A stretch of DNA of 61,640 nt, counting the filler, from Sanchytrium tribonematis (taxonomy: Eukaryota), in the NCBI GenBank assembly GCA_018985235.1. It is 4 parts of 4 records of this genome, joined end to end, with 100 filler letters (N's around TTAATTAATTAA, not from the genome) between each part and the next. Parts side by side here need not be neighbours in the genome. Positions count along the whole stretch, not along the records: positions 1 to 15,391 come from JADGIG010000151.1; positions 15,492 to 30,880 come from JADGIG010000152.1; 2 more parts are not named here. One strand, 5' to 3'. Under the pieces are notes generated by a model, which saw nothing but the letters and a program-made list of their open reading frames with translations, did not search any database and was not told the origin of the DNA. Shown piece after piece: positions 9,949 through 21,654 of the stretch (position 1 is the first letter of the stretch; every line of letters begins with the position of its first letter). Made by a program: the position numbers and the translations under genes.

Positions 9949-11975
9949 TTAAATAGGGATAGGTGGAGCAGGTGCCCGATAGAGTGCTTCTTCATAAGAT
10001 GCGGTAGCCAATGCATTACTAGCATCGTCCAAAATGATTTGATCTGGTTGATTGTGAGTACTAGATGCACCAGGTTGCTTTCTTTTCTTACTTCCTATTA
10101 GATCAGTAATACTTCCAGATAACATCGAAATATCTTTCAGCGATTTTTTACCAATATTACCAGGATCGTCCAGACCGATTTGATCTGGTTGAGATGCGTC
10201 AGGTTGCTTTCTTTTCTTACTTCCTATTAGATCAGCAATACTTCCAGATAACATCGATATTTTTTTTAGTGATTTTTCACCAATGATATCCATAAAAGGA
10301 AATGAAATCCTAGGATCTGAATTTTTAATTCTAGATATTCCCAAATTTCGAATTTCAATCAAATGCTGATTTAACAATGTTTTATCTCCTTTTTGATTTG
10401 CAAATTCCACCAATTCATTTATAAAAGCGTGCCATATCTTTAAGGGTGCTGTAATAACATCATTCTTATAAATCTCAAATAAATTGACCAATGGTGTTTC
10501 CCAAATCAGAGTTGGATCTATAATATTCCTCCAATTCATGATATCATTGTAAAATGGCTTAGATAAATAGTACTTCTTTTTATTCTTGATTCCAATCGAG
10601 CTATACAAGCTGCATAAAATGCTCTATTTTCGACAGTATCTATTCGAGGCAAGCTTTCAAGTGCTGGTATTTCAATAGTGCCTAATAATTTCATAAGCAA
10701 GTAAACTTGATCATCTGGCTCTTTAAACGCAGATTTCTCAATAATTTTGTTGCCTTTATTTTGGATTGGAGTCAATAAATTGAATAAAAAACTATATTTT
10801 GTAAATCCCTCTGTCACACAAATACCCAAATCATCAGAGTATTGCAACAGATTGTCTATTAGAGTGTTGAAAATAAACAAGGGTGTTTGATCATCTGTTG
10901 CTTTTCTTATAAAACGTTGAAATAATATTTTCATAGGAGTATTTCGAAATGAAGCAATTTCGTCTTGATTTGGAACTGGTAAATCAGGTAATTCAGATAA
11001 TAAACGATAAAGGTCTTCATTCACTTCAGACTGGTCATCTACGGAACCATTTTGAATCGAATCTTTGCTCGTTGGAGAAGGCTTTTTACGCTTCTCATTT
11101 TTTCTATCTCTAATTTTTTCTTTGATGGGTTCATTACAAAGATCTCTCAATTTTAACTTGACTTCAGGTACATTTTTTAATTTGGTCACTGTATATTTAA
11201 TGGCACGATTACCTTTAACCCGCAAAACACGTAAATTAGAAAATAAAATGTCTTTCCGACTCGATTCATTATTAAATAAAGATGAATCTGCATTTTCAAC
11301 TAATTCGACCAGTTCATTTATAAATGCGTACCATGACTTCAGTGTAATTTTTGCGTACTTTGCAAATAATTGAATAATGGAGAGTTTCCAAAATTGAGTT
11401 TCATCAATCGTATTCAGCAATTGATTTTCCCAATTCATTTTATCATTTAATATGACTTTAAAAGATTTCTTGCTCAATCCAGATATCCTGTTAAACCAAG
11501 TACGATAAAACTTCTTGCTTTCTGGTGTATCTTTTGTTGCAAAATCTTGAAGAGCAGGTAATTTAAATGTACTTTTGTAATTTATATCTTGAAGTAAACT
11601 GATTAGTATATAAAACTGATCATCTGGATTTTCATGGTCTTGAATCATCGTACATCCAATTCTTTTCATTAGTTCCAAATTATGTTTTAAATGATTTTTG
11701 GGATTTGTTTTGCCTTTAACTAGTCCCAATCCAACTTTCTGTGTAACTTGTATGAGTTGATTCATTAATACATTCCAGACATCATTAGGTGATTGATTCG
11801 GTTGTCTATTTCTTGCATGTTGTTGAAATAATTGTAGAATTGGAGTGGATAGTAATTCATGCTCTAACTGTGGATCTATTGGTAGACCCATGGGTAGATC
11901 TGTCGATGTGGTTGCCATGATTGGGAATGTCAAAGCAGTCAAAAGAAAGAGAATCATGTGTTTCCTCCTATCCAT
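9949..11975 (-). CDS. Secreted helical-repeat protein with NLS-like motifs; split by a frameshift near 10560-10600
   Basis: Leader MILFLLTALTFPIMA; the internal repeat (ND.MNW...W.AFINELVE) continues across the two overlapping ORFs; EKRKK and two SKKRK motifs. Confidence 0.6.
10025..10285 (-). repeat. Two diverged coding tandem repeats of about 130-140 nt
   Basis: IGEKSLKKISMLSGSIADLIGSKKRKQPDA...QPDQI vs IGKKSLKDISMLSGSITDLIGSKKRKQPGA...QPDQI; near-identical DNA. Confidence 0.9.
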
Positions 11976-12008
11976 CCCCCTTTAGCAGCGAAATATCTGG
12001 CAACTGAT

Positions 12009-13130
12009 TTATTCAAATTTAGTAGATTTAATCACTCTATCATTGATACCACTCAATTCACCCTGATAAAATAAATGTCCTTTATAAGTAGCATGACTGG
12101 ATTGATTCTTTTTAGTGGCTTTATCAAATTTAGCCTTTTTACGCACACGTGGATTACTATTTAATGATCGTTTACCAGTTGTAAATTGCTTATTTTTCTG
12201 AATAGAATAATTAATATTTCTAGTTTTAGGGATTTCACGATTAAAATGAGCACCAGGTTTCAAATTGGCCAATTGTTGTTCAAATGTCAATTCATCTTCA
12301 GAGGCATCACTAAATGCATCTGCTTGTTCATTTAGTTGATTTAATTGGGATTCATTGACTTGGCTGTTTAAAATGGGTTGTGGTTTCTCAAATACCATTT
12401 CATGTTCTAATGGGGCAGTTTTAGTGGATTTTGGGATGATATTGTTGATTAATCTTTTATAATTACCATGAGAGGGTCTGATTTCGGATGTATTGCTGTC
12501 TGAATCCGTTTCTACAAGTTCATCAAAATTGATGGGTTCATCTGGATCACTCATTTCTAGAGATTCTTGGTCACTTTGAGCATCACTGTACTTACTAGTG
12601 GCATCATTGAATGGATCATCATCCATTTCATCAGTCAATTCACCCTCAGAGTCATTTTGTGGATCATTTTGAGCATCATTTTCAATTTTTGCCATTTCTT
12701 TTGTGTTTTCCAACTCATCCACTTCAGAGTCATCTTTAGCATACCTCTTGTTGTATTTACTCATATATGACTTGATTTTAACCATTAAATCGACTATAGG
12801 ATGATATTCAATCCCAACACCCTCAGAAATCAATTTAATCAAAACACACAAACATTGACAATAATATACTTCAATTGGATTTAAATCTTCCTTTTTCATA
12901 TATATCATCAATTCATCTTGCCATTCTTCACTAGATTGCTTCATTGGAGTGGCTTCTTCATCTGAAAAATCAATAAAATCAGATTCATTCATTTTTGCAA
13001 TTTGTTGTTTGTGAATGTCAAGTGCTTGTTGTTGTTCTAATTGATCTGGTGTTAATTCATGATCTACTTCATTGGATAATTCCATAATGGGTTCTACATC
13101 GGATATTTCTGAAAATTCAAATTCTGACAT
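12009..13130 (-). CDS. SAS10: Sas10/Utp3 small-subunit processome protein
   Basis: Acidic body; C-terminal RNINYSIQKNK...NPRVRKKAKFDKA...YQGELSGIN...KSTKF Sas10 C-domain. Confidence 0.85.
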   Translation of the reverse strand: MSEFEFSEISDVEPIMELSNEVDHELTPDQLEQQQALDIHKQQIAKMNESDFIDFSDEEATPMKQSSEEWQDELMIYMKKEDLNPIEVYYCQCLCVLIKLISEGVGIEYHPIVDLMVKIKSYMSKYNKRYAKDDSEVDELENTKEMAKIENDAQNDPQNDSEGELTDEMDDDPFNDATSKYSDAQSDQESLEMSDPDEPINFDELVETDSDSNTSEIRPSHGNYKRLINNIIPKSTKTAPLEHEMVFEKPQPILNSQVNESQLNQLNEQADAFSDASEDELTFEQQLANLKPGAHFNREIPKTRNINYSIQKNKQFTTGKRSLNSNPRVRKKAKFDKATKKNQSSHATYKGHLFYQGELSGINDRVIKSTKFE

Positions 13131-13198
13131 CCGTGTTTGATCCAAGTTTTAAAATATTTAGTGTAACCAAAAACGTTTTTAAATACCTTTTTATTGTG

Positions 13199-13854
13199 TT
13201 ATGGAGAACGAAAGAATCTTTTATAATATCCTTTTAAAAATGTTTTGTCTTGAGGTGTCAATGTATAATCACATGATTTACCCTCATCCCAATTTTTAAA
13301 GCACTTTGCGGTATTTTTGTCATCATTCACACAGACACCTTTAAGCGCACATACTTGTCCCTTTAAACAGTGAATTTTTTTTTTCTAAATGGACCGCAAT
13401 GACCATTTTTACTTGTTTCCAGTTCTCCAGGATTCCCACCAGGTGGGCAATCAGGTCGAGATGGATCTAGTCCACATGGTACAGGATCAGGAACCTCTCC
13501 AGGATTCCCACCAGGTGCGCAAGCAGGTAAAGATGGATCTAGTCCACATGGCCCAGGATCAGGAATCTCTCCAAAATTACCAACATGTAGGCAACCAGGT
13601 CCAAATGAATCTCCATTGCAATCATTTGGTTGTACTGGTGGTGGTGATGGTGGATCACTGTCGCCTTTGCAAGTGCCATCAATATCGAATCCAGGTTTAC
13701 AGCCACTTTCATAAGATGGCCCTGAGCCACACCAACCCCATGAACTGCAAACAGTACCAGTTGGGCAATAAGTGTCAATACCACAGGTCATACCAATACT
13801 TGGTGTTCCAGTTGCACCAAATGTCGATTGAATCAAAATGTAAATCATTGACAT
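13199..13854 (-). CDS. Secreted hevein/CBM18-like chitin-binding protein with two Cys domains and Pro/Gly repeats; frameshift in an A10 run at 13375-13384
   Basis: CGIDTYCPTGTVCSSWGWCG...C; repeats GNxGExPDPxPCGLDPS; second domain SKNGHCGP continues in the shifted frame as IHCLKGQVCALKGVC...KCFKNWDEGKSCDY to a stop at 13199. Confidence 0.7.
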
Positions 13855-13986
13855 TTGATGGTATGTCGGTTTAAATAGAAAACGAGTGGTGAAATAATTT
13901 ATGTATAAAGTATTTCCTTATTGGCACTTGCAAATGAGCACAGACTTGCTGCACGGTATTTGTTTTTCAAGTTTAGTGACATCAAT

Positions 13987-15391
13987 TTATTGTAAATGAA
14001 TCCAAATGATCCCAAATAGTGCCATCTTTATTACATTCCCACCACTCTTTGAATCATTAAATACATCTGCCTCACTCGGTACCACATTATTCAACAAACT
14101 ACTCTGCATAATTCTCTCAAATTCACTCTCAAATCCCTTTCTTTTATCCATTGTCACATTCATCTTATTAAACCAGTCATCCAAACTACCAGGATCCGTC
14201 ACAGTCGTATTCTCGCCTCCAACTGCCTTGTCATAAGTATAACATAATTTAGAATAATCTAGAATATCTGTAGCAGATACCCCTACATATTTCATTTCTC
14301 GAGTCATGTCCATGTACGCATCACTATATTTCGCATTGGGATGCTTAATATGGAATTCAATATGCATTTTTTCAACCCACGCATGATGTAACCAAAATAC
14401 AATATCTCTTGGACTCGATGGCCCACTCATATCTCCACCAATTCGAGCATGGGGCGTGGCATGTGGAAACAATTCAAAATCGAGCATGGGGCGTGGCATG
14501 TGGAAACAATTCAAAATTGGTACTAAATTGATGAAATGTATTGTAATTATCAATCATTTGGTACACCGTCTTCACATGCACAAATGGCGTACGTTCAAAT
14601 TGGCGTCGAATACATTGCCCATGAATGCGCACATTTGCAAATGGACCATCAATACACTGATTCATTCGATTCCCATCCCCACCAATCATTTCCCATACTT
14701 TAGATTGCCATGGATTCCCTGCTTCTCTATCATGAGACCAATACGGCACACAAATCGAGGGATCTATGGTTTGCAATGCTTGTTCAAATACACTCACAAA
14801 TGCACGATGCCATGGTAAAAAGTAATCAGTAAAATGGGCATAGGACCATACGCCAATATGCCATGTGACGAGACTATCCATCACGCCATTTTCTGCCAAT
14901 TTAATAAATGCATTTTTGAATTTGTTCCATTCTTCATCTGATAAATGATGGATTTCCTTACGCACACATTGATTTGTGCATTTAATATTGGCAATAGATG
15001 GTATATTCGAATTGGAATTGGAATTGGAATTAGTGGTACTAGAAGATTGAGACAATTGGGAAACTGCATTGTTATTTGCAATAAAATTGGACCATGGATT
15101 GGATTGACTATTGTTGCCATTGTCATTGGATTTGCCGGATGAATCACTCTTTTCATTGGATTGTTTGTTGGATTTATCAGTAGATTTATCATTGGATGAC
15201 TTGTCCGTAGATTTATCATTGGATTTGTCAGTAGATGATTTATCAGTAGATGACTTGTCGGATTTGTCTGCTGTAGTCTTTTCATTCTTATCTACTGTTT
15301 TGCCATCTCCATTGACTGCAATAGATGTGCCAGTATTAGGTGCATTCGTCATATCAGGGCCATTTAAAATAAAGACAGGTGATTTGCCTTT
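13987..15391 (-). CDS. Tyrosinase (type-3 copper protein), 5' truncated by the gap, interrupted by a 37-bp tandem duplication
   Basis: VRKEIHHLS, CuA WH...AH...FLPWHR, PYW, DGPF, CuB PHATPH...GGDM...SPRDIVFWLHHAWVEK; S/D/K-rich N-terminal linker; hydrophobic C-tail. Confidence 0.88.
14443..14516. repeat. Exact 2 x 37-bp tandem duplication
   Basis: tcgagcatggggcgtggcatgtggaaacaattcaaaa at 14443-14479 and 14480-14516. Confidence 0.95.
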
Positions 15392-15491
15392 NNNNNNNNN
15401 NNNNNNNNNNNNNNNNNNNNNNNNNNNNNNNNNNNTTAATTAATTAANNNNNNNNNNNNNNNNNNNNNNNNNNNNNNNNNNNNNNNNNNNN
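15392..15491. other. Artificial contig spacer (44 N + TTAATTAATTAA + 44 N)
   Basis: Six-frame stop linker within an exactly 100-nt spacer. Confidence 0.98.
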
Positions 15492-15946
15492 CTAAAGGTG
15501 TGAACAGAAATCAAATCGTATTAGGCATACCGTTATATGCACACCAATACAATGTAGCACCAAATGATCCTAAAAATGGATTGTTTAGTCCAAAAACTTC
15601 TAGTACAGATTCCTGGATTACCAACAAAGACATTGTAAGTTTATTGAATACTGGTAAATACAAGCAATTTTATGATGGTACTTCTCAAGTTCCATATCTC
15701 TATAATTCACAAGATGGCTTATTCGTGACATATGACAACGTACAATCGGTGACGGCCAAAGTTAAATATACAAATTACAAAAAATTAAGAGGCATTTTCT
15801 TTTGGGAGATTAATCAAGATTTTTTGACAGATCACTTAGAAGTCGCCATATTGCCACACGCACAGGAAACAATCTCGGGACTAACTTATTGGCCTGCTAC
15901 AAAACTCTGCTCACCGACATCTATTTATTGTAATATAAAATGTTAA
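15492..15946 (+). CDS. GH18 chitinase, C-terminal fragment
   Basis: IVLGIPLYA, QVPYLY, FVTYDNVQSVTAKVKY, LRGIFFWEINQD. Confidence 0.88.
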
Positions 15947-15957
15947 TAAAGCTTGTT

Positions 15958-16941
15958 TTAATATCTTGGTCTTTTATAATGATCTCTCTCTGAATTCCCT
16001 CTTCTTCTGTCATCATCAAAGCTTCTTCTATCTTGATACCCGCCATTGTTTCCTTCCCTACGTTCATAGCCAACTGACCTTGGATGACGCGTATCTCTAT
16101 CATTCCGGCTGTCTCGATATCCACTATTATAATTTCTGCCTTCTCCTCTATCCATTCTTTCAGGTCTATCTATACTACCGCGATAATTTCGACCATAATC
16201 TCTGTCACTTTCTGGTCGGCTCATATTTTCACGATGGTTCCTGTCTCGATGCTGTGGACGGTCGCTATTTCTTCTATCTTGATATCCTCCCCTATCATTT
16301 CTACCTCTATCATCTCTATTTTGGGGACGACCACCGCTATTTCCAAAATTCATTTCGTTAATATCTCTTCCTCTTATATCCAGATTTTTACCTTTTTCTC
16401 GGTACATCAACACTTGAGCTTCTTTCAAATCACGTAATAAATTTAAGCTCGGGCGCTTTAGATGCATGAAATTGCACATTTTCCCTCTTGCACAAGCATT
16501 GTCATCGTGTTGTTTACAAAGAGCATCCCTGAAGGAAACCACTGGCGAAAGTTCTGCGAATATGGGTCTTGCGGCATAAAATCTATTATTTATGTCCAAT
16601 TGCGCTTTCTTGGCATCTTCGTCAAACCTATATTTGCAAAATACGTCTCCCACCAAATGGTCACAAATATTGTCTGTCACTATTAATTCATCGATGTATC
16701 CGTAATTCGATAGTTCAATAAACATATCTGTGTAAAACATGTCAAAATGTTGTTGAAGTTGATCCTCATTTAATTTAAATTGGTCATTTTTTGGATTTGC
16801 ATAAATATTGTAAAGAACTACAGTGGGTGAGAAATTTGGGCGGGTATGTTTTCTGGCACATCTATCACCATGTCTACATGCTCCTATTTTGTAATAAAAA
16901 GAACAGTTATTTTTGTCTGATTCTGTTCCATAAGAATTCAT
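15958..16941 (-). CDS. U2AF1: Splicing factor U2AF small subunit (U2AF35)
   Basis: GTESDKNNCSFYYKIGACRHGDRCARKH, UHM domain, second CCCH finger CARGKMCNFMH, R/D-rich tail. Confidence 0.95.
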   Translation of the reverse strand: MNSYGTESDKNNCSFYYKIGACRHGDRCARKHTRPNFSPTVVLYNIYANPKNDQFKLNEDQLQQHFDMFYTDMFIELSNYGYIDELIVTDNICDHLVGDVFCKYRFDEDAKKAQLDINNRFYAARPIFAELSPVVSFRDALCKQHDDNACARGKMCNFMHLKRPSLNLLRDLKEAQVLMYREKGKNLDIRGRDINEMNFGNSGGRPQNRDDRGRNDRGGYQDRRNSDRPQHRDRNHRENMSRPESDRDYGRNYRGSIDRPERMDRGEGRNYNSGYRDSRNDRDTRHPRSVGYERREGNNGGYQDRRSFDDDRRRGNSERDHYKRPRY

Positions 16942-17219
16942 TCTGATTTCAAGGAGTTTTATCGTGGATAAATTTATTAAATAGAATAGGTATCGCAAAG
17001 ATCAAGTATTTCTTGCTGCTTTTTCAACGCTTGTTCAATTTCATAATAAAAATCTTCTGAATCCATTGATTTATTAATAATCTTTTGATATAAGAAGATG
17101 CTAAAAAATTAGATCAAATCAAGATAATTCTAGATAGGTCGCTAATGAAAAAGGAACAAATAGGGTAGCCCAGATCTAATTTTTGTTTGTATATAAATGG
17201 GACACCATACTGCTACATT

Positions 17220-17636
17220 ATGTTATCAACAAGAAGCTACTTTGATGATTTTTTCCGAGATATTGAACAAAACAACTTGGTAAATCGAGGACATACAACA
17301 AGTTGGCATCACATGAAGTTGGATGTTATGGAAAAGCCAGATAAGGTCGAAGTCATTGCTGATTTGCCGGGTGTTTCGAAGCAAGATATTGATGTGAAAC
17401 TGGACCACAATGTTTTGAAAATTCGTGCAGAAAGAAAAGAAGAAACAGAACGCGCCGATGCTAATACCATCGTGACAGAGCGCAAATTTGGCTCATTAGA
17501 GAGAAGCTTGTTATTGCCAGAATCGTGTGATGCCACGGGTGCCGCAGAAGCATCTTTTGAGAATGGTGTGTTAAAACTCTGTTTTCCCAAGAAGAAAGAA
17601 ACTGATCAGGGCATCAAAAAGATTAGCATTGGATAA
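17220..17636 (+). CDS. Small heat shock protein (HSP20/alpha-crystallin)
   Basis: LDVME, ADLPGVSKQDIDV, ERKFGSLERSLLLP, ASFENGVL; TATATAAA just upstream (about 17190). Confidence 0.93.
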   Translation: MLSTRSYFDDFFRDIEQNNLVNRGHTTSWHHMKLDVMEKPDKVEVIADLPGVSKQDIDVKLDHNVLKIRAERKEETERADANTIVTERKFGSLERSLLLPESCDATGAAEASFENGVLKLCFPKKKETDQGIKKISIG

Positions 17637-17704
17637 AATAAATTCGTTCTCAAATTATCATCTAAATATAGAGAGATTCGTATCCGAAACCCGATTCTTT
17701 TTCA

Positions 17705-18268
17705 ATGATTCTGCAATCACTCATTTTTCTAATTGGTTTCCTTATTACTGTGTCATTGCAATTTGAACAAGAGATTTCCAACTATTATAATTATTCAAAT
17801 ATATATGGAATTGCTAATGACACACCGATTTTTACTCTTTCAAACTTTCGAAAATCGATATTTGGCCTATTTGATAGCAATTATAGCGCCTCTAAGATAG
17901 AAGATACATTCGATAGCGCCAATTTTAATAATCCAATCAAGGATATGGAATCCATATCATCATTATGGATTATATTTTTATGGTTAATGTTACTGTTCAC
18001 AATTCCTTTTATAATCAAGGCAAAAAAATCTTTCAAATTGATTTCTTTTAATTTCTCGCAATCACAATTGCCGGCCATCGTGGAGCAGCCAGGAAAAGCA
18101 CCATTCAAGGAATTTTATAAACCAGCTAACACCTCTAACACAAAAATAATTCACAGTGCGTTTCCTACTTCTAGAAAACACAGTATGGCAGATGATAGTA
18201 GTTGCAGCTCCGACACTTTGGTATCAAAAATACCGAAAAGAACGCGTAAAGATTCCTTCTTTGAATAA
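17705..18268 (+). CDS. Hypothetical single-pass membrane protein
   Basis: N-terminal hydrophobic leader plus TM segment LWIIFLWLMLLFTIPFII; fills the space between neighbours. Confidence 0.55.
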   Translation: MILQSLIFLIGFLITVSLQFEQEISNYYNYSNIYGIANDTPIFTLSNFRKSIFGLFDSNYSASKIEDTFDSANFNNPIKDMESISSLWIIFLWLMLLFTIPFIIKAKKSFKLISFNFSQSQLPAIVEQPGKAPFKEFYKPANTSNTKIIHSAFPTSRKHSMADDSSCSSDTLVSKIPKRTRKDSFFE

Positions 18269-18288
18269 AATTAATAATTTCTCCTTTC

Positions 18289-20052
18289 ATGTCAACAATT
18301 GAGATAAATCTGATTGAATCATTAAAAAGTCCATTAAAATACAACCATATCGATCCTAACGATATTGTTTACGAAAACCATATGCAAATGTCACACATTA
18401 TCATGTTGATTTTTGAATTACTTACTAAAAATTGCCCTAAGACCACATTTAAAAATCTAAAATCAGTTTTATTGAAATGCATCATGTTACTGCCACACAA
18501 GGAACTTTGTCATCTATCTCCAGGTCTTATTTCTAAAATGACAAAGCTTTTAATGACTTTTAAAGATAAAACTATTGTATATCCTAGTTTGGAAGTCGTT
18601 TTAATTAAAAGCATCGGGTGTGTAGACAATGATAAATTATGTGACTATTTGCAATATTTACCATTCAAAATAGACATGACAAATTTACTCGATAAAATAA
18701 TTAAATATCAAAACGTAAATCTTTTAAAATCAGTCGCAAATGCCTTCAAATACAATCTATACCAATTCAGACTTAGCGAATCACAACAAGAAATACTTTA
18801 CTTTTCATTAATTCCAGAAGTAGACACCAATATTGTTGTGGCAATTAACCTTCATCGGTTTAAAATGATCAATGATTATGAATTGATACTGTCTCAAATT
18901 CAAGATCATTCTTATGTCAAAGAAGTTATGGATTTGATTCCAAGTGAGTACATTTATAATTATATTGAAAAAGACTCATCTGTACTATCCTTTTTAAGCC
19001 CTTTTTTAGAAAATGATCAAATTTACAAACATTGTGATGATTTATATTGGAAGTCGCAAACAATTGGAACTGCTGATTTTTTAAATGATGATATTTTATG
19101 GAAATGCTTACAATCGAACAACATTGTGGCAATTGAAAACATTGCGAGACACTATGATTTGTCTGAAAATGATCTAATTGCAGAGAACTTTGATTATATT
19201 GTAGATCAAGCGAGTTTGGCTTTGCCAGAAAAAGATTCAATCACCGTTTTGTGCAATGCCCTGTCTTTGATGAAAAATGTGGACGTTTCTAAAATTGCAA
19301 TGTTAATGGATGATTCCATTGACTTTTCCATAGAAATCCTACGCGCTTTGCCCAAATCTGCTATTATTTTGGATGTAGGTGCTTTACTTTACAGGTATAC
19401 AAATCTAATGGCGATGAACACAAATATAACAAAAATTGGTCATTTTGAAAAACAATTTCCATACTTGTCAATTTGGTTGCAACAACATCAAATTGAATCA
19501 AATATTGAAAAGTCTGATGTTGTTGTGAGACAAGAATATGAGACTGATGATATACATTTGCTGAAAATATTTAAAACCGCAATGCATTTTATCAGTTTTG
19601 AAAATTTAAAAATTCGTGCCATTTATCTTTCTATTATTTACAATTGCCTTGAACTTATACGAGATCATAAACTATTTTTGAATAGTATATACTTAATTTG
19701 GGAACAGTTGATAAATAGAATTGAAGATGAGAATGAGCAAGTTGTTTATTTTGTATTTAAAATATTAAAAAAAGTGGCCATTAACGCTACAGATTTTATG
19801 GCACATAAATTTGACTCATTATGGTTGAAAATGAAAAGAGTGATCTTGTTTTATATCAATGAACGCGAAGAGAAAATGGTTTCTGTCGCTAAACAATGTT
19901 TGATTGCATTTATAGAAAATTGCAACTTAAAAAAGGCAGATTTGCGTGAGTTAAGAAGACTTGGAATAAAGGAAATCTCAGATTCTGTAGATGTTCTGCT
20001 ACCAGAAGAAGCATACCTTTTAAAACAATTGAATAAGCCTGAATGTATTTGA
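18289..20052 (+). CDS. TTI1: TTI1-like (TTT complex) HEAT-repeat protein, shortened
   Basis: SPGLISKM, LIAENFDYIVD, FLNSIYLIWEQLINRI, DFMAHKF resemble TTI1 conserved blocks. Confidence 0.65.
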   Translation: MSTIEINLIESLKSPLKYNHIDPNDIVYENHMQMSHIIMLIFELLTKNCPKTTFKNLKSVLLKCIMLLPHKELCHLSPGLISKMTKLLMTFKDKTIVYPSLEVVLIKSIGCVDNDKLCDYLQYLPFKIDMTNLLDKIIKYQNVNLLKSVANAFKYNLYQFRLSESQQEILYFSLIPEVDTNIVVAINLHRFKMINDYELILSQIQDHSYVKEVMDLIPSEYIYNYIEKDSSVLSFLSPFLENDQIYKHCDDLYWKSQTIGTADFLNDDILWKCLQSNNIVAIENIARHYDLSENDLIAENFDYIVDQASLALPEKDSITVLCNALSLMKNVDVSKIAMLMDDSIDFSIEILRALPKSAIILDVGALLYRYTNLMAMNTNITKIGHFEKQFPYLSIWLQQHQIESNIEKSDVVVRQEYETDDIHLLKIFKTAMHFISFENLKIRAIYLSIIYNCLELIRDHKLFLNSIYLIWEQLINRIEDENEQVVYFVFKILKKVAINATDFMAHKFDSLWLKMKRVILFYINEREEKMVSVAKQCLIAFIENCNLKKADLRELRRLGIKEISDSVDVLLPEEAYLLKQLNKPECI

Positions 20053-20299
20053 TTAAATATTGGAAAAAAGTCTAAATAAGTAATAAAAGCAACTATCGAT
20101 TCAGGTATGTTGTGTTTTTGCTTTTATTTTTTCTATACAGATGTCGAAAGATTCACAAAATTGACTATTTTTGTTGACAAAATTTGAAATGAATACTTCC
20201 AATTATATTTCAGTCTTTAAAAAATATACAAAGGACAAGAATGCAATAGAACTTTACTACATCAAAATTGAAAGAGGAAGAATAAGAAATCAACCTTGA

Positions 20300-21654
20300 T
20301 TAACGCTGTCCAAATTCCCAAAAAATGATTCGATTATCCTCAGCCACACTAACTATTTTATCATCTGACATTGCAACATTGAATACTCGAGAAGTGTGTC
20401 CCATACCTCTTTCCAAAGATTCGATCATTTCAGTTTCTGTATATTCAGCGACTTGGTATGGCTGTTTTGGTATCATCACATTACTATTTGGTAAACTAGT
20501 TGTAAAATCTGTAGCCACAACTTTGCAATCGTAGCTTCCACTAACAACGACATTTCGAGAAGCATTGACTGAGACAGTTCTTACAAGCTCGTCATGGGCT
20601 CTGATCACATTGAAGCAGGTAGCCATTCTTAAATCATGAATTCTAATAGTTTTGTCACTAGAACCAGATACCAGTATATTTAAATCAGCATCTAAACAGG
20701 CTATACCCCTTTCATGGCCCGGGATATTCATGACTGATTGGCCATTTCTTTTGTCCCAACACTTGATGATCCTGTCCCCACCCGCAGAAATAACCATATC
20801 TTGAAGTGCCACGACACTATTTACAGCTGCTTGATGCCCATCCATGTTCACAAGTGGTGTTTCGAGATTGTTAATATCCCAGAGCCTAACGTGTCTATCC
20901 TAAGTGAGAAAAAATTTACTTTTGAGCAAGTAGCAAAAGTCTCAAAGTTGCGATATACACTTACATTTAACACCGCTTCTCGATGTGCATTGAATCTAGT
21001 TACTAGTTTCATATCGCATGCATCCCAAATTCCAACTGTGGAATCACTGCTCCCTGTTACTATTCGATTTTTTGTTTGAACTGGATGTAGATGTTCGGGT
21101 ATATGTTCGTATTTTGGGTAATGAGTAGGAACTAATTCTGTACATAAAACGCTTGCTGTATGGCCTTGTAATTGGCATAGCAATTTTCCATTTAAGTCAA
21201 ATATTTTTAAAAGCTGATCCCTGCCACCACAAACAATGATATCGCCCACATCCACGCAATATATACCTCTAGAGTGGACTTTTGTAGCATGAGTGTTATA
21301 ATTAAGGCTTTTCCAATTTTTGTCGAGTTTATGCTCCTGAACATAATAAAATTCAAATTTTGAATGATCCATTTGTCTTTTTAATCTATAATGACGAATA
21401 TATAGTCTATACCATATCAAGTCATCTTTGACAAGATTGTAATAATGATTATTGACTGATTTAAGGTTTAATAGATCTTCATAATTCATAAATTCTAAAA
21501 TATGTAAAATAATTTCTTTTGGAAGTATTTTTAATGGGTCCAATTTAAGTGATTTTTCCAATAGTTCTAGAGTTAAAATTTTTTCTCTCATAGTTAATTG
21601 TGAAAATGTAGTCAAAATTGTCTCAATCGAAGAGTTATTTGATCTTCTTTGCAT
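20300..21654 (-). CDS. F-box/WD40 protein (beta-TrCP/Met30-like); 20-nt intron 20900-20919
   Basis: LPKEIILHILEFM F-box; multiple GH...WD repeats; splicing gtaaattttttctcacttag yields TCSKDRHVRLWD. Confidence 0.9.

Noticed and set aside
10555..10575. 16-nt intron gtactatttatctaag repairing the frameshift in the repeat protein
   Set aside because: Its removal leads into the third frame and a quick stop, not into the frame carrying the repeat
15436..15447. TTAATTAATTAA palindrome (also at 30925 and 46347) as a biological motif
   Set aside because: It sits centrally in identical 100-nt N spacers; it is a synthetic six-frame stop linker
13987..15946. Tyrosinase plus chitinase as a cell-wall gene cluster
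   Set aside because: They are on different contigs separated by an artificial spacer
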